32,000 nucleotides of DNA from Thermococcus kodakarensis KOD1. GTDB taxonomy: Archaea; Methanobacteriota_B; Thermococci; Thermococcales; Thermococcaceae. Below, one piece after another: positions 1-10,379 of the stretch. Below the pieces are notes generated by a model. The model was not told the origin of the DNA. It did not search any database and was given only the letters and a program-made list of their open reading frames with translations. Both the position numbers and the translations under genes were made by a program. Location of the stretch: positions 1 through 32,000 of the forward strand of contig NC_006624.1 of assembly GCF_000009965.1 (NCBI RefSeq), read 5' to 3'. Positions within the stretch are counted from its first letter, which is position 1. Every line of letters begins with the position of its first letter.

Positions 1-3000
1 ATGATCCTCGACACTGACTACATAACCGAGGATGGAAAGCCTGTCATAAGAATTTTCAAGAAGGAAAACGGCGAGTTTAAGATTGAGTACGACCGGACTT
101 TTGAACCCTACTTCTACGCCCTCCTGAAGGACGATTCTGCCATTGAGGAAGTCAAGAAGATAACCGCCGAGAGGCACGGGACGGTTGTAACGGTTAAGCG
201 GGTTGAAAAGGTTCAGAAGAAGTTCCTCGGGAGACCAGTTGAGGTCTGGAAACTCTACTTTACTCATCCGCAGGACGTCCCAGCGATAAGGGACAAGATA
301 CGAGAGCATCCAGCAGTTATTGACATCTACGAGTACGACATACCCTTCGCCAAGCGCTACCTCATAGACAAGGGATTAGTGCCAATGGAAGGCGACGAGG
401 AGCTGAAAATGCTCGCCTTCGACATTGAAACTCTCTACCATGAGGGCGAGGAGTTCGCCGAGGGGCCAATCCTTATGATAAGCTACGCCGACGAGGAAGG
501 GGCCAGGGTGATAACTTGGAAGAACGTGGATCTCCCCTACGTTGACGTCGTCTCGACGGAGAGGGAGATGATAAAGCGCTTCCTCCGTGTTGTGAAGGAG
601 AAAGACCCGGACGTTCTCATAACCTACAACGGCGACAACTTCGACTTCGCCTATCTGAAAAAGCGCTGTGAAAAGCTCGGAATAAACTTCGCCCTCGGAA
701 GGGATGGAAGCGAGCCGAAGATTCAGAGGATGGGCGACAGGTTTGCCGTCGAAGTGAAGGGACGGATACACTTCGATCTCTATCCTGTGATAAGACGGAC
801 GATAAACCTGCCCACATACACGCTTGAGGCCGTTTATGAAGCCGTCTTCGGTCAGCCGAAGGAGAAGGTTTACGCTGAGGAAATAACCACAGCCTGGGAA
901 ACCGGCGAGAACCTTGAGAGAGTCGCCCGCTACTCGATGGAAGATGCGAAGGTCACATACGAGCTTGGGAAGGAGTTCCTTCCGATGGAGGCCCAGCTTT
1001 CTCGCTTAATCGGCCAGTCCCTCTGGGACGTCTCCCGCTCCAGCACTGGCAACCTCGTTGAGTGGTTCCTCCTCAGGAAGGCCTATGAGAGGAATGAGCT
1101 GGCCCCGAACAAGCCCGATGAAAAGGAGCTGGCCAGAAGACGGCAGAGCTATGAAGGAGGCTATGTAAAAGAGCCCGAGAGAGGGTTGTGGGAGAACATA
1201 GTGTACCTAGATTTTAGATGCCATCCAGCCGATACGAAGGTTGTCGTCAAGGGGAAGGGGATTATAAACATCAGCGAGGTTCAGGAAGGTGACTATGTCC
1301 TTGGGATTGACGGCTGGCAGAGAGTTAGAAAAGTATGGGAATACGACTACAAAGGGGAGCTTGTAAACATAAACGGGTTAAAGTGTACGCCCAATCATAA
1401 GCTTCCCGTTGTTACAAAGAACGAACGACAAACGAGAATAAGAGACAGTCTTGCTAAGTCTTTCCTTACTAAAAAAGTTAAGGGCAAGATAATAACCACT
1501 CCCCTTTTCTATGAAATAGGCAGAGCGACAAGTGAGAATATTCCAGAAGAAGAGGTTCTCAAGGGAGAGCTCGCTGGCATACTATTGGCTGAAGGAACGC
1601 TCTTGAGGAAAGACGTTGAATACTTTGATTCATCCCGCAAAAAACGGAGGATTTCACACCAGTATCGTGTTGAGATAACCATTGGGAAAGACGAGGAGGA
1701 GTTTAGGGATCGTATCACATACATTTTTGAGCGTTTGTTTGGGATTACTCCAAGCATCTCGGAGAAGAAAGGAACTAACGCAGTAACACTCAAAGTTGCG
1801 AAGAAGAATGTTTATCTTAAAGTCAAGGAAATTATGGACAACATAGAGTCCCTACATGCCCCCTCGGTTCTCAGGGGATTCTTCGAAGGCGACGGTTCAG
1901 TAAACAGGGTTAGGAGGAGTATTGTTGCAACCCAGGGTACAAAGAACGAGTGGAAGATTAAACTGGTGTCAAAACTGCTCTCCCAGCTTGGTATCCCTCA
2001 TCAAACGTACACGTATCAGTATCAGGAAAATGGGAAAGATCGGAGCAGGTATATACTGGAGATAACTGGAAAGGACGGATTGATACTGTTCCAAACACTC
2101 ATTGGATTCATCAGTGAAAGAAAGAACGCTCTGCTTAATAAGGCAATATCTCAGAGGGAAATGAACAACTTGGAAAACAATGGATTTTACAGGCTCAGTG
2201 AATTCAATGTCAGCACGGAATACTATGAGGGCAAGGTCTATGACTTAACTCTTGAAGGAACTCCCTACTACTTTGCCAATGGCATATTGACCCATAACTC
2301 CCTGTACCCCTCAATCATCATCACCCACAACGTCTCGCCGGATACGCTCAACAGAGAAGGATGCAAGGAATATGACGTTGCCCCACAGGTCGGCCACCGC
2401 TTCTGCAAGGACTTCCCAGGATTTATCCCGAGCCTGCTTGGAGACCTCCTAGAGGAGAGGCAGAAGATAAAGAAGAAGATGAAGGCCACGATTGACCCGA
2501 TCGAGAGGAAGCTCCTCGATTACAGGCAGAGGGCCATCAAGATCCTGGCAAACAGCATCCTACCCGAGGAATGGCTTCCAGTCCTCGAGGAAGGGGAGGT
2601 TCACTTCGTCAGGATTGGAGAGCTCATAGACCGGATGATGGAGGAAAATGCTGGGAAAGTAAAGAGAGAGGGCGAGACGGAAGTGCTTGAGGTCAGTGGG
2701 CTTGAAGTCCCGTCCTTTAACAGGAGAACTAAGAAGGCCGAGCTCAAGAGAGTAAAGGCCCTGATTAGGCACGATTATTCTGGCAAGGTCTACACCATCA
2801 GACTGAAGTCGGGGAGGAGAATAAAGATAACCTCTGGCCACAGCCTCTTCTCTGTGAGAAACGGGGAGCTCGTTGAAGTTACGGGCGATGAACTAAAGCC
2901 AGGTGACCTCGTTGCAGTCCCGCGGAGATTGGAGCTTCCTGAGAGAAACCACGTGCTGAACCTCGTTGAACTGCTCCTTGGAACGCCAGAAGAAGAAACT

Positions 3001-5016
3001 TTGGACATCGTCATGACGATCCCAGTCAAGGGTAAGAAGAACTTCTTTAAAGGGATGCTCAGGACTTTGCGCTGGATTTTCGGAGAGGAAAAGAGGCCCA
3101 GAACCGCGAGACGCTATCTCAGGCACCTTGAGGATCTGGGCTATGTCCGGCTTAAGAAGATCGGCTACGAAGTCCTCGACTGGGACTCACTTAAGAACTA
3201 CAGAAGGCTCTACGAGGCGCTTGTCGAGAACGTCAGATACAACGGCAACAAGAGGGAGTACCTCGTTGAATTCAATTCCATCCGGGATGCAGTTGGCATA
3301 ATGCCCCTAAAAGAGCTGAAGGAGTGGAAGATCGGCACGCTGAACGGCTTCAGAATGAGCCCGCTCATTGAAGTGGACGAGTCGTTAGCAAAGCTCCTCG
3401 GCTACTACGTGAGCGAGGGCTATGCAAGAAAGCAGAGGAATCCCAAAAACGGCTGGAGCTACAGCGTGAAGCTCTACAACGAAGACCCTGAAGTGCTGGA
3501 CGATATGGAGAGACTCGCCAGCAGGTTTTTCGGGAAGGTGAGGCGGGGCAGGAACTACGTTGAGATACCGAAGAAGATCGGCTACCTGCTCTTTGAGAAC
3601 ATGTGCGGTGTCCTAGCGGAGAACAAGAGGATTCCCGAGTTCGTCTTCACGTCCCCGAAAGGGGTTCGGCTGGCCTTCCTTGAGGGGTACTTCATCGGCG
3701 ATGGCGACGTCCACCCGAACAAGAGACTCAGGCTCTCAACGAAAAGCGAGCTTTTAGCGAACCAGCTCGTCCTCCTCTTGAACTCGGTGGGGGTCTCTGC
3801 TGTAAAACTTGGGCACGACAGCGGCGTTTACAGGGTCTATATAAACGAGGAGCTCCCGTTCGTAAAGCTGGACAAGAAAAAGAACGCCTACTACTCACAC
3901 GTGATCCCCAAGGAAGTCCTGAGCGAGGTCTTTGGGAAGGTTTTCCAGAAAAACGTCAGTCCTCAGACCTTCAGGAAGATGGTCGAGGACGGAAGACTCG
4001 ATCCCGAAAAGGCCCAGAGGCTCTCCTGGCTCATTGAGGGGGACGTAGTGCTCGACCGCGTTGAGTCCGTTGATGTGGAAGACTACGATGGTTATGTCTA
4101 TGACCTGAGCGTCGAGGACAACGAGAACTTCCTCGTTGGCTTTGGGTTGGTCTATGCTCACAACAGCTACTACGGTTACTACGGCTATGCAAGGGCGCGC
4201 TGGTACTGCAAGGAGTGTGCAGAGAGCGTAACGGCCTGGGGAAGGGAGTACATAACGATGACCATCAAGGAGATAGAGGAAAAGTACGGCTTTAAGGTAA
4301 TCTACAGCGACACCGACGGATTTTTTGCCACAATACCTGGAGCCGATGCTGAAACCGTCAAAAAGAAGGCTATGGAGTTCCTCAAGTATATCAACGCCAA
4401 ACTTCCGGGCGCGCTTGAGCTCGAGTACGAGGGCTTCTACAAACGCGGCTTCTTCGTCACGAAGAAGAAGTATGCGGTGATAGACGAGGAAGGCAAGATA
4501 ACAACGCGCGGACTTGAGATTGTGAGGCGTGACTGGAGCGAGATAGCGAAAGAGACGCAGGCGAGGGTTCTTGAAGCTTTGCTAAAGGACGGTGACGTCG
4601 AGAAGGCCGTGAGGATAGTCAAAGAAGTTACCGAAAAGCTGAGCAAGTACGAGGTTCCGCCGGAGAAGCTGGTGATCCACGAGCAGATAACGAGGGATTT
4701 AAAGGACTACAAGGCAACCGGTCCCCACGTTGCCGTTGCCAAGAGGTTGGCCGCGAGAGGAGTCAAAATACGCCCTGGAACGGTGATAAGCTACATCGTG
4801 CTCAAGGGCTCTGGGAGGATAGGCGACAGGGCGATACCGTTCGACGAGTTCGACCCGACGAAGCACAAGTACGACGCCGAGTACTACATTGAGAACCAGG
4901 TTCTCCCAGCCGTTGAGAGAATTCTGAGAGCCTTCGGTTACCGCAAGGAAGACCTGCGCTACCAGAAGACGAGACAGGTTGGTTTGAGTGCTTGGCTGAA
5001 GCCGAAGGGAACTTGA
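1..5016 (+). CDS. polB: Family B DNA polymerase precursor with two inteins (KOD-type Pol B)
   Basis: Exonuclease motif FDIETLY is present. Motif A is YLDFR|SLYPSII, split by intein 1. Motif B is KILAN|SYYGYYGY, split by intein 2. Motif C is YSDTDG. 1671 aa = 774-aa extein + 360 + 537 aa, the published layout of the Thermococcus kodakarensis KOD1 pol gene. Confidence 0.97.
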   Translation: MILDTDYITEDGKPVIRIFKKENGEFKIEYDRTFEPYFYALLKDDSAIEEVKKITAERHGTVVTVKRVEKVQKKFLGRPVEVWKLYFTHPQDVPAIRDKIREHPAVIDIYEYDIPFAKRYLIDKGLVPMEGDEELKMLAFDIETLYHEGEEFAEGPILMISYADEEGARVITWKNVDLPYVDVVSTEREMIKRFLRVVKEKDPDVLITYNGDNFDFAYLKKRCEKLGINFALGRDGSEPKIQRMGDRFAVEVKGRIHFDLYPVIRRTINLPTYTLEAVYEAVFGQPKEKVYAEEITTAWETGENLERVARYSMEDAKVTYELGKEFLPMEAQLSRLIGQSLWDVSRSSTGNLVEWFLLRKAYERNELAPNKPDEKELARRRQSYEGGYVKEPERGLWENIVYLDFRCHPADTKVVVKGKGIINISEVQEGDYVLGIDGWQRVRKVWEYDYKGELVNINGLKCTPNHKLPVVTKNERQTRIRDSLAKSFLTKKVKGKIITTPLFYEIGRATSENIPEEEVLKGELAGILLAEGTLLRKDVEYFDSSRKKRRISHQYRVEITIGKDEEEFRDRITYIFERLFGITPSISEKKGTNAVTLKVAKKNVYLKVKEIMDNIESLHAPSVLRGFFEGDGSVNRVRRSIVATQGTKNEWKIKLVSKLLSQLGIPHQTYTYQYQENGKDRSRYILEITGKDGLILFQTLIGFISERKNALLNKAISQREMNNLENNGFYRLSEFNVSTEYYEGKVYDLTLEGTPYYFANGILTHNSLYPSIIITHNVSPDTLNREGCKEYDVAPQVGHRFCKDFPGFIPSLLGDLLEERQKIKKKMKATIDPIERKLLDYRQRAIKILANSILPEEWLPVLEEGEVHFVRIGELIDRMMEENAGKVKREGETEVLEVSGLEVPSFNRRTKKAELKRVKALIRHDYSGKVYTIRLKSGRRIKITSGHSLFSVRNGELVEVTGDELKPGDLVAVPRRLELPERNHVLNLVELLLGTPEEETLDIVMTIPVKGKKNFFKGMLRTLRWIFGEEKRPRTARRYLRHLEDLGYVRLKKIGYEVLDWDSLKNYRRLYEALVENVRYNGNKREYLVEFNSIRDAVGIMPLKELKEWKIGTLNGFRMSPLIEVDESLAKLLGYYVSEGYARKQRNPKNGWSYSVKLYNEDPEVLDDMERLASRFFGKVRRGRNYVEIPKKIGYLLFENMCGVLAENKRIPEFVFTSPKGVRLAFLEGYFIGDGDVHPNKRLRLSTKSELLANQLVLLLNSVGVSAVKLGHDSGVYRVYINEELPFVKLDKKKNAYYSHVIPKEVLSEVFGKVFQKNVSPQTFRKMVEDGRLDPEKAQRLSWLIEGDVVLDRVESVDVEDYDGYVYDLSVEDNENFLVGFGLVYAHNSYYGYYGYARARWYCKECAESVTAWGREYITMTIKEIEEKYGFKVIYSDTDGFFATIPGADAETVKKKAMEFLKYINAKLPGALELEYEGFYKRGFFVTKKKYAVIDEEGKITTRGLEIVRRDWSEIAKETQARVLEALLKDGDVEKAVRIVKEVTEKLSKYEVPPEKLVIHEQITRDLKDYKATGPHVAVAKRLAARGVKIRPGTVISYIVLKGSGRIGDRAIPFDEFDPTKHKYDAEYYIENQVLPAVERILRAFGYRKEDLRYQKTRQVGLSAWLKPKGT
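1219..2298 (+). mobile_element. Intein 1 (360 aa) with LAGLIDADG homing endonuclease domain, inserted in polymerase motif A
   Basis: Begins with Cys (CHPADTKVV) directly after YLDFR and ends GILTHN before the +1 Ser of SLYPSIII. Block B-like TPNHKLPV is present. Two LAGLIDADG-type motifs: [11 protein letters not shown] and [11 protein letters not shown]. Codon boundaries were checked on the DNA (tgc at 1219, aac at 2296-2298). Confidence 0.95.
2554..4164 (+). mobile_element. Intein 2 (537 aa) with LAGLIDADG homing endonuclease domain, inserted in polymerase motif B
   Basis: Begins with Ser ([10 protein letters not shown]) after KILAN and ends LVYAHN before the +1 Ser of SYYGYYGY. Block B-like [10 protein letters not shown] is present. 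LAGLIDADG-type motifs: [11 protein letters not shown] and [12 protein letters not shown]. The element is 1611 nt = 537 codons. Confidence 0.95.
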
Positions 5017-5085
5017 CCTTTCCATTTGTTTTCCAGCGGATAACCCTTTAACTTCCCTTTCAAAAACTCCCTTTAGGGAAAGACC

Positions 5086-5733
5086 ATGAAGATAGAAATC
5101 CGGCGGCGCCCGGTTAAATACGCTAGGATAGAAGTGAAGCCAGACGGCAGGGTAGTCGTCACTGCCCCCGAGGGGTTCAACGTTGAGAAGTTCATAGCAA
5201 AGAACGCCGCCTGGCTGGAGGGGAAGCTGGCCCAGATTGAAGGTCTGAAAGAGCTTGCAGAGTCGGGCTTTCCCCTGAACGGCGAGTTCTACAAGGTCAT
5301 ACACGGAAGGAGGGCGAAAGTTCATGACAGCTTTAGGACCGTTGTTCTCCCCCCTTATCCCGAAGACATGCGGGAAGAACTGAAAAGGCTTCTCCGGCCG
5401 GAGATATTTGGGCTTATTGAAAAATACGCAGGAAAAATGGGAGTATCCCCCGGCAAGGTCTTCATCCGTTCGCAGAGGACAAGGTGGGGCAGCTGTTCTG
5501 GAAAGGGCAACCTGAACTTCAACCTTCGCCTGATAGCCCTTCCGCCGGAGCTCAGGGAGTACGTTGTCGTCCACGAGCTTGCTCACCTTAAGCACAGAAA
5601 CCACTCAAAGGCCTTCTGGAGCCTTGTCTCCCGCTTCTACCCGGACTACCGCTCCGCAAGGGAAGAGCTGAAGAAGTGGTGGAGCATTCTGGAGCTGAAC
5701 CCGTACTGGCGGTGGCTGGAGGGAAGGGAGTGA
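5086..5733 (+). CDS. YgjP/DUF45-family zinc metallohydrolase
   Basis: 215-aa ORF with HExxH motif (VVHELAHLKHRNH) near the C-terminus and RTRWGSCS upstream, the typical YgjP-like layout. ATG at 5086. Confidence 0.8.
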   Translation: MKIEIRRRPVKYARIEVKPDGRVVVTAPEGFNVEKFIAKNAAWLEGKLAQIEGLKELAESGFPLNGEFYKVIHGRRAKVHDSFRTVVLPPYPEDMREELKRLLRPEIFGLIEKYAGKMGVSPGKVFIRSQRTRWGSCSGKGNLNFNLRLIALPPELREYVVVHELAHLKHRNHSKAFWSLVSRFYPDYRSAREELKKWWSILELNPYWRWLEGRE

Positions 5734-6119
5734 CGCTGAAGGGAGTTTTAAAGCTCCTCCTTCTTTCAGCGGACGAAATAGCTGTCGCGGTCTTTATCTT
5801 TGTAGTTCTCCCCGGATTTGGGGTTGATGTGCCCTTGAAAGTATCCGTTCCACTTTTGGTGCTCCTGCTCCTCAAGGATATTTTAATCGCCCCATACGTC
5901 CTCGGAGGCGGACTCGAAAAGAGGCCTTTAACTGGCCCTGAGGCTTTGATAGGGATGGAGGCGGTGGTCGTTGAAGACCTATCTCCAGAGGGTATCGTCA
6001 AAGTTGGGAACGAGCTGTGGAGAGGGGTCTGCTTAAACGGAAGGGCCAAGAGGGGAGAAAAAGTCAGGATCGTTGGATTCAGGGGGAACCTCCTACTACT
6101 GGAACGCCCAGAGTCCTGA
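5730..6119 (+). CDS. NfeD-like small membrane protein (two hydrophobic helices plus C-terminal OB-like domain)
   Basis: Hydrophobic N-terminal half (LLLSADEIAVAVFIFVVLPGF, VSVPLLVLLLL) followed by GIVKVGNELWRGV...GEKVRIVGFRGNLLLLE, the NfeD C-terminal pattern. The likely start is GTG at 5730, overlapping the upstream stop (GTGA). The track ORF opens at 5676. Confidence 0.6.
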   Translation: MTLKGVLKLLLLSADEIAVAVFIFVVLPGFGVDVPLKVSVPLLVLLLLKDILIAPYVLGGGLEKRPLTGPEALIGMEAVVVEDLSPEGIVKVGNELWRGVCLNGRAKRGEKVRIVGFRGNLLLLERPES

Positions 6120-6567
6120 GAACCTCTGCCAGCTCTTCGGGCCTGTTGGTGGTGAATGAGATGCTCCAGCCTTTAGTTCTTTCAATGAGAACGCAGGCCT
6201 TCCCTGGGTAAGTGTAGTGTATCGTCCCGCTGCAGCTCATCCAGCCCTCTGAAATTCTGACGAGCTTTATCTCGTCGAGCCGGATCGTCTTTCTGGCGAG
6301 GAGACCGAGGGCACTTCTGATTTTCAGTCTCTCCTCATCCACTTCAATCTTTAGCTGCATCAGGTCAAGGGCTATTGCCACAAACGGAAGAAGAAAAACG
6401 AGGAGAAACGTCATGTCTTCGCCTGCCAGGTATGAAGCTCCTATTCCTATGGTCATTCCTAGGAAGGCTGGGAGCATTATGAGGAGCATCTTCCAGCTCC
6501 TGACGGTCTCGGAGTAGATGGCCACCACCGAGGGATTTTCCACTACCTCTTTAAAGCCCTTTTCCAA
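6079..6567 (-). CDS. Two-TM membrane protein with C-terminal soluble beta-rich domain (possibly bacterial PH-like), function unknown
   Basis: 162-aa ORF with two hydrophobic segments (MLLIMLPAFLGMTIGIGASYLAG and FLLVFLLPFVAIALDLM) followed by about 95 soluble residues. The start is uncertain: TTG at 6567, or ATG at 6489 preceded by AGGAG. Confidence 0.5.
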   Translation of the reverse strand: MEKGFKEVVENPSVVAIYSETVRSWKMLLIMLPAFLGMTIGIGASYLAGEDMTFLLVFLLPFVAIALDLMQLKIEVDEERLKIRSALGLLARKTIRLDEIKLVRISEGWMSCSGTIHYTYPGKACVLIERTKGWSISFTTNRPEELAEVLRTLGVPVVGGSP

Positions 6568-6585
6568 AGGTTACCAGGTGATAAG

Positions 6586-7014
6586 ATGGTTCGGATAATG
6601 CCCGTTGACAGGCTGAGCGATGAGGAGGTAAGAGAAATTCTCACAAAGTACCGGAAGATAGCGCTCGTCGGCGCCTCACCAAAGCCGGAGCGCGATGCTA
6701 ACAGGGTCATGCGCTATCTCCTCGAACACGGCTATGAGGTCTATCCCGTGAACCCGCGCTACGATGAGGTTCTCGGGAGGAAGTGCTATCCTAGCGTTCT
6801 TGACATCCCGGATGAGGTTGAAATCGTTGACCTCTTCGTTAGGCCAGAGTTCACTATGGACTACGTGGAACAGGCGATAAAGAAGGGTGCGAAGGTGGTC
6901 TGGTTCCAGTTCAACACCTACAACAGGGAGGCGTTCAGGAAAGCGAAAGAAGCGGGCCTTACAGCAGTCGCTCACAGGTGCATAAAGCAGGAGCACGAGA
7001 GGCTTATCGGGTAA
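6586..7014 (+). CDS. CoA-binding domain protein (YccU/YneT family)
   Basis: KIALVGASPKPERDANRVMRYLLEHGYEVYPVNPRY is the canonical CoA-binding Rossmann N-terminus. AGGTGAT RBS lies 4 nt upstream of the ATG at 6586. Confidence 0.85.
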   Translation: MVRIMPVDRLSDEEVREILTKYRKIALVGASPKPERDANRVMRYLLEHGYEVYPVNPRYDEVLGRKCYPSVLDIPDEVEIVDLFVRPEFTMDYVEQAIKKGAKVVWFQFNTYNREAFRKAKEAGLTAVAHRCIKQEHERLIG

Positions 7015-7427
7015 TTCCAAGGAGCTCAAGGAGTTCTTTGGTGTTCACCACGTCAATCTCCTCTATTTCCTTCAGTCTCTTGTCGTTGTTCCACAGGGGG
7101 CTTTTACTTTTAGGGCCAGTGCCACAAAGTCAGCGTCATCTTTGTCGGGGGTTATTCGAGTGCTAGAGGTATGAACTCGGCGTAGAACCCCTCGTTTACG
7201 AATATGACATGCTCTTTAAGAACGGACAGTATTTCCTCGAACTCTTTCTCTCCGATCTTTGCTTTTTTCAGGACTTCGTCCCTGTGCTCGTGAAGCTCTT
7301 CCAGTGCAAACTCGGGACTTATAAGTCTCCCTGATACCAAGAACACGAGCTCTCTGGTTACTGTTGATTTCCCGAAGAAAGAGAATAGCACGTTTGTGTT
7401 AACTACGAGAAGAATATCTTCTCTCAA
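7004..7427 (-). pseudogene. PIN-domain toxin gene disrupted by two -1 frameshifts
   Basis: Frame A gives 91 aa (7152-7427) ending EFIPLALE-stop. The reading continues in a second frame as ITPDKDDADFVALALKVK and in a third as SPLWNNDKRLKEIEEIDVVNTKELLELLGITR-stop (stop at 7004-7006). Together these form one PIN domain of normal length. Each frame change lies next to a G5 run on the plus strand (7147-7151 and 7096-7100). Confidence 0.7.
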
Positions 7428-7614
7428 GGTACTCGCCCCTTCCCATTTTCGCCTTCCGTCCGAGTTCTATTGCATCCTCTTCTGAGAGTTCGGAGTTCTT
7501 GAGCATCTCATTGAGCCTTGCGAGGGTTTTCAGTCTCTCCGCGATAGTCTTTGCTATCAAATCGGCCAGCTTTTCGTCCACACTCGGGGGGACCTTGACC
7601 ACTATGTCTCCCAC
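7399..7614 (-). CDS. Small antitoxin-like protein upstream of the PIN gene
   Basis: 71-aa ORF (GTG start) overlapping the PIN start by 29 nt, with a charged helical C-terminal half (LSEEDAIELGRKAKMGRGEY). TTATAA and GGTGAT lie upstream on the minus strand. The family assignment rests on context only. Confidence 0.5.
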   Translation of the reverse strand: MGDIVVKVPPSVDEKLADLIAKTIAERLKTLARLNEMLKNSELSEEDAIELGRKAKMGRGEYLERRYSSRS

Positions 7615-7654
7615 GCTATCACCGCTCTTACTACGCCGCTCTGCTTATAACGGT

Positions 7655-8755
7655 TTATCCTCTGTACCTCAGCACGTGGATGTCCCTTACGACCCTGTGC
7701 CTCTCCTCGTAGTCAGGGTACCTCCCGAGGACTTCAAAGCCGAGCTTCACGAGCCACTTCCTCTCCTTCCGGTATATTCCACCGCCGCTCAGCTTGTAGG
7801 CCGGGAAGACAAAGACAACCTTTCCGTTTCTTTTCAGAACGTCGGCAAAGCTCTCGAAGACCGAATAATAGAAGCGGTCGAGCTCGTTGGCCAGCTTTAT
7901 GGCCTCGCCCCTACTCGGGTGTCTTTTGAGGGGCTTTCCGAGGTAGGGTTCGGTGACTATAGCATCGAACCTCTGTCTAAAACACTTCTTCAGCTTTCTG
8001 GCGTCGCAGACTTCTAAGTGAGCCGAGTTTTTGAGCCGGAACTCTTTCCTCAGCCAGGTGAGATTCTTCTTGGCATCCCTGATCTGCCCCTCGTCGCGGT
8101 CGCTCCCGTAGGCAGTAAGCCCCTGAAGAACGAACTCCTGAACCACCGTTCCAATGCCGCAGAACGGATCCAGGAAGCTCCCCTTTCTAACCTCCGTCAG
8201 GTTCACCATTATCCTTGCCAGTCTCGGCGGAATCGAGAGGATGGGCTTCTGGACGGGCCTCTCGACGTCGAGCTTCTTCAGCTCGAAGGGGTCCGTTACT
8301 CTGATCGTCTCGCCGACGAGGAAGCTCCCGTCTTCCCTGAACAGAAAGACGAAGTCCTTAACCTCCGGAAAGCCCTTGAGGATGAGCTCCGCGGGCATGG
8401 CATATGTTTTTGCGGGCTTGAAGAACTTAGCTGACCCCTCCTCTTTGAACCTCTTCTTTATCTCGCTCCCGAGCTTACGCCAGAGCTTCCAGTCGCTCTT
8501 CCCGTAGAGACTGACCGTAAAAAGCCTGGAGTACTCCAGCTCCTCCAGAGCCTCTTCTCCCTCCCCAACTATCCTGACGAGCTTGAGAGAACCGCCTATC
8601 CACCGGAAATATCTCTCCACCGAAGGCTTGGATTCAAAGACTATCCAGTTATGCTCTTCCTCAATCGATTTAACTTTTAGTCCGAATCTTCTCCCGAAAG
8701 AGTAAAATTCAGCACGGCTGAGCTCTGAATTCTTTCCTAAGATTACTCCATACAT
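7655..8755 (-). CDS. Class I SAM-dependent RNA methyltransferase, Trm11/UPF0020-like (putative tRNA guanine-N2 methyltransferase paralogue)
   Basis: The N-terminal domain starts MYGVILGKNSELSRAEF, as in Trm11-type proteins. SAM motif I is FLDPFCGIGTVVQE. The motif IV variant is VTEPYLG (in place of DPPY). 366 aa. Confidence 0.65.
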   Translation of the reverse strand: MYGVILGKNSELSRAEFYSFGRRFGLKVKSIEEEHNWIVFESKPSVERYFRWIGGSLKLVRIVGEGEEALEELEYSRLFTVSLYGKSDWKLWRKLGSEIKKRFKEEGSAKFFKPAKTYAMPAELILKGFPEVKDFVFLFREDGSFLVGETIRVTDPFELKKLDVERPVQKPILSIPPRLARIMVNLTEVRKGSFLDPFCGIGTVVQEFVLQGLTAYGSDRDEGQIRDAKKNLTWLRKEFRLKNSAHLEVCDARKLKKCFRQRFDAIVTEPYLGKPLKRHPSRGEAIKLANELDRFYYSVFESFADVLKRNGKVVFVFPAYKLSGGGIYRKERKWLVKLGFEVLGRYPDYEERHRVVRDIHVLRYRG

Positions 8756-8842
8756 GGATTGCGCTTTGAGTAAGCTTTTAAAAAGGTTCCGCGTAAATAT
8801 AATTGGGATTTAATCAAAAACATGAGTCCACGGTGACCACCT

Positions 8843-10093
8843 ATGCTGACGGTTGAGGTTCTTAAATCAGCTGACATCATACCTGATCCATATACGCGCG
8901 CGGTAACCTACGCCCGGTTAGGTGAGACGCTTGTGCGCAGGAAGGATCCCCTTTATAAGGAGGCGTTTTTGAAGGCGTTTGACGCGTTGAACGATATAAA
9001 CGATCCCGAACTTCTACTCAGGGCAACCCTAGCCATAGGGTACCACATGGGAAAAGCTGGGATCAAAGCGTACTACAAGGTGTTTCTGAGGGTGGTTGAA
9101 GATTCCTCTGCTTTATCTCCTCCAGTTAGAGACGAAATTTTAGCACTTGCCGTCAGGTACCTAGTGAGCCTCGGGAACCTCGGACAGGCCGTAACACTCG
9201 CGACGGAAATTTCGGATAAGAAACTTGCACAGGCCACTCTCTTCTCCATAGTCCGGGCGGGGAGCAGGTTAATTCAGGACAGCTCCCTAAAGGCGGCCTA
9301 CAAGCTCAGGAAAATCAAGCTGGCGCTTGAGTATATAACTGACGAGCCATATCGCTCAAAGGCCCTGATAGAGCTGGCAAAGGCTTTTATTGCGGTGGGG
9401 AGTTATGAGAGGGCGCTGGCCACGATTAGGGAAATAGAATCCCCAGATTGGGCTAAGGTTGCCTTCAAGGAACTTACCTTTAGTTTGGGCAGGATGGGCG
9501 TCATAGACAAGTTCATAAGCGGGCTTTCTGAGCTGGCGGATGATTTCAGCTCGCGTTTTGGTGCCGATTTTGTTGTGGAGCTTGCAGAGGCTTTTCTGCT
9601 TGCTGGGAAACCGGATATTGCCGTTGGAATGCTCCGCAATCTTGATGATTCAGTTCAGGTGATCTCTGAAGTTGCACTTGAGGTTCTGGACAAAAATCCC
9701 GCGGTTATTCCGGGTTTTCTTGAAGTTCTCTCCGATGATGAGGCACGTATCGTTGGAAAGTTGTTGATGGATAAAATCCTTGAGCATCCGACAAAGGCCC
9801 TTGAGGAAGTTGTCAAGGCCGTGGCGAGGAGGGTTAGATCAGAAGCCATGTGGGTAAAGGTCGCCAGGTACTACACTCTGCTGGGGGACGTTGAGACGGC
9901 TAGAAATATCGGGGTTGTACTCCAGAATCCCAAGCTCCGCTCGATAGTTCTTGCGGACGTTGCCAGAAGTTACTTGAAACAGAACAAAATAGAAGAGGCC
10001 ATAGATGCCGCCCTCGAAGTCAGGGACAGGAAGTTTGCTTCCTTACTAATGTCAGAAATACTGGTTAGGGCACTGAGCGTGGGGGGAACCTGA
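8843..10093 (+). CDS. Alpha-helical repeat (TPR/HEAT-like) protein, function unknown
   Basis: 416-aa ORF with GGTGA RBS. The sequence is all-helical and repetitive (YTRAVTYARLGETLV, PYRSKALIELAKAFIAVGSYERALATIREI, WVKVARYYTLLGDVETARNI). I recognise no catalytic motif. Confidence 0.6.
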   Translation: MLTVEVLKSADIIPDPYTRAVTYARLGETLVRRKDPLYKEAFLKAFDALNDINDPELLLRATLAIGYHMGKAGIKAYYKVFLRVVEDSSALSPPVRDEILALAVRYLVSLGNLGQAVTLATEISDKKLAQATLFSIVRAGSRLIQDSSLKAAYKLRKIKLALEYITDEPYRSKALIELAKAFIAVGSYERALATIREIESPDWAKVAFKELTFSLGRMGVIDKFISGLSELADDFSSRFGADFVVELAEAFLLAGKPDIAVGMLRNLDDSVQVISEVALEVLDKNPAVIPGFLEVLSDDEARIVGKLLMDKILEHPTKALEEVVKAVARRVRSEAMWVKVARYYTLLGDVETARNIGVVLQNPKLRSIVLADVARSYLKQNKIEEAIDAALEVRDRKFASLLMSEILVRALSVGGT

Positions 10094-10094
10094 A

Positions 10095-10379
10095 ATGGAA
10101 GTTATCCGTCTGCTGAAGAGAAAGTCCCAAGACAAGGTTGAGTTCGTGCGCGATCTGGTAGTTTTCATGGCTTCTCCCGACGTTGATTTTTCCAACGAGG
10201 TTCTGTTTAAGGACGCCGTTGATGAGATATACTCAATCCTGAGGGAGGAAGTCATTGAAAATGGGAACAAAGAGCTAGCCAGCGCGTATGAAAAAGCCGT
10301 TCTCCTTAGAGCTGCGGTTTTTGGAGAGGAAATGGATCCGAAAAAGCTCCTTAAGGGTATTCTCGAGGAGCTGAGGTGA
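10095..10379 (+). CDS. Small acidic hypothetical protein (94 aa)
   Basis: The ATG lies 1 nt after the upstream stop, and its own stop overlaps the downstream start (GTGA), so it appears translationally coupled on both sides. Confidence 0.55.
   Translation: MEVIRLLKRKSQDKVEFVRDLVVFMASPDVDFSNEVLFKDAVDEIYSILREEVIENGNKELASAYEKAVLLRAAVFGEEMDPKKLLKGILEELR

Noticed and set aside
1-120. Whether window coordinate 1 marks a replication origin
   Set aside because: The window simply starts at the pol ATG (a genome-numbering convention). No ORB-like repeats, AT-rich unwinding element or cdc6 gene is visible here.
5017-5085. Possible hairpin CCCTTTAGGG downstream of pol, as a terminator or regulatory palindrome
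   Set aside because: It is only an imperfect 10-nt near-palindrome. The nearby TTGTTTT run is enough for archaeal termination, and nothing suggests a specific element.
4699-5604. 301-aa minus-strand ORF spanning the pol 3' end and the YgjP-like gene
   Set aside because: It is antisense to two well-supported genes with clear motifs and crosses an intergenic gap. Its sequence is low-complexity with no recognisable domain. Such ORFs are typical shadow ORFs in GC-biased codon usage.
5588-6049. 153-aa minus-strand ORF rich in S/T/P/R
   Set aside because: It is antisense to the YgjP-like and NfeD-like genes, and its composition is characteristic of a non-coding reverse frame.
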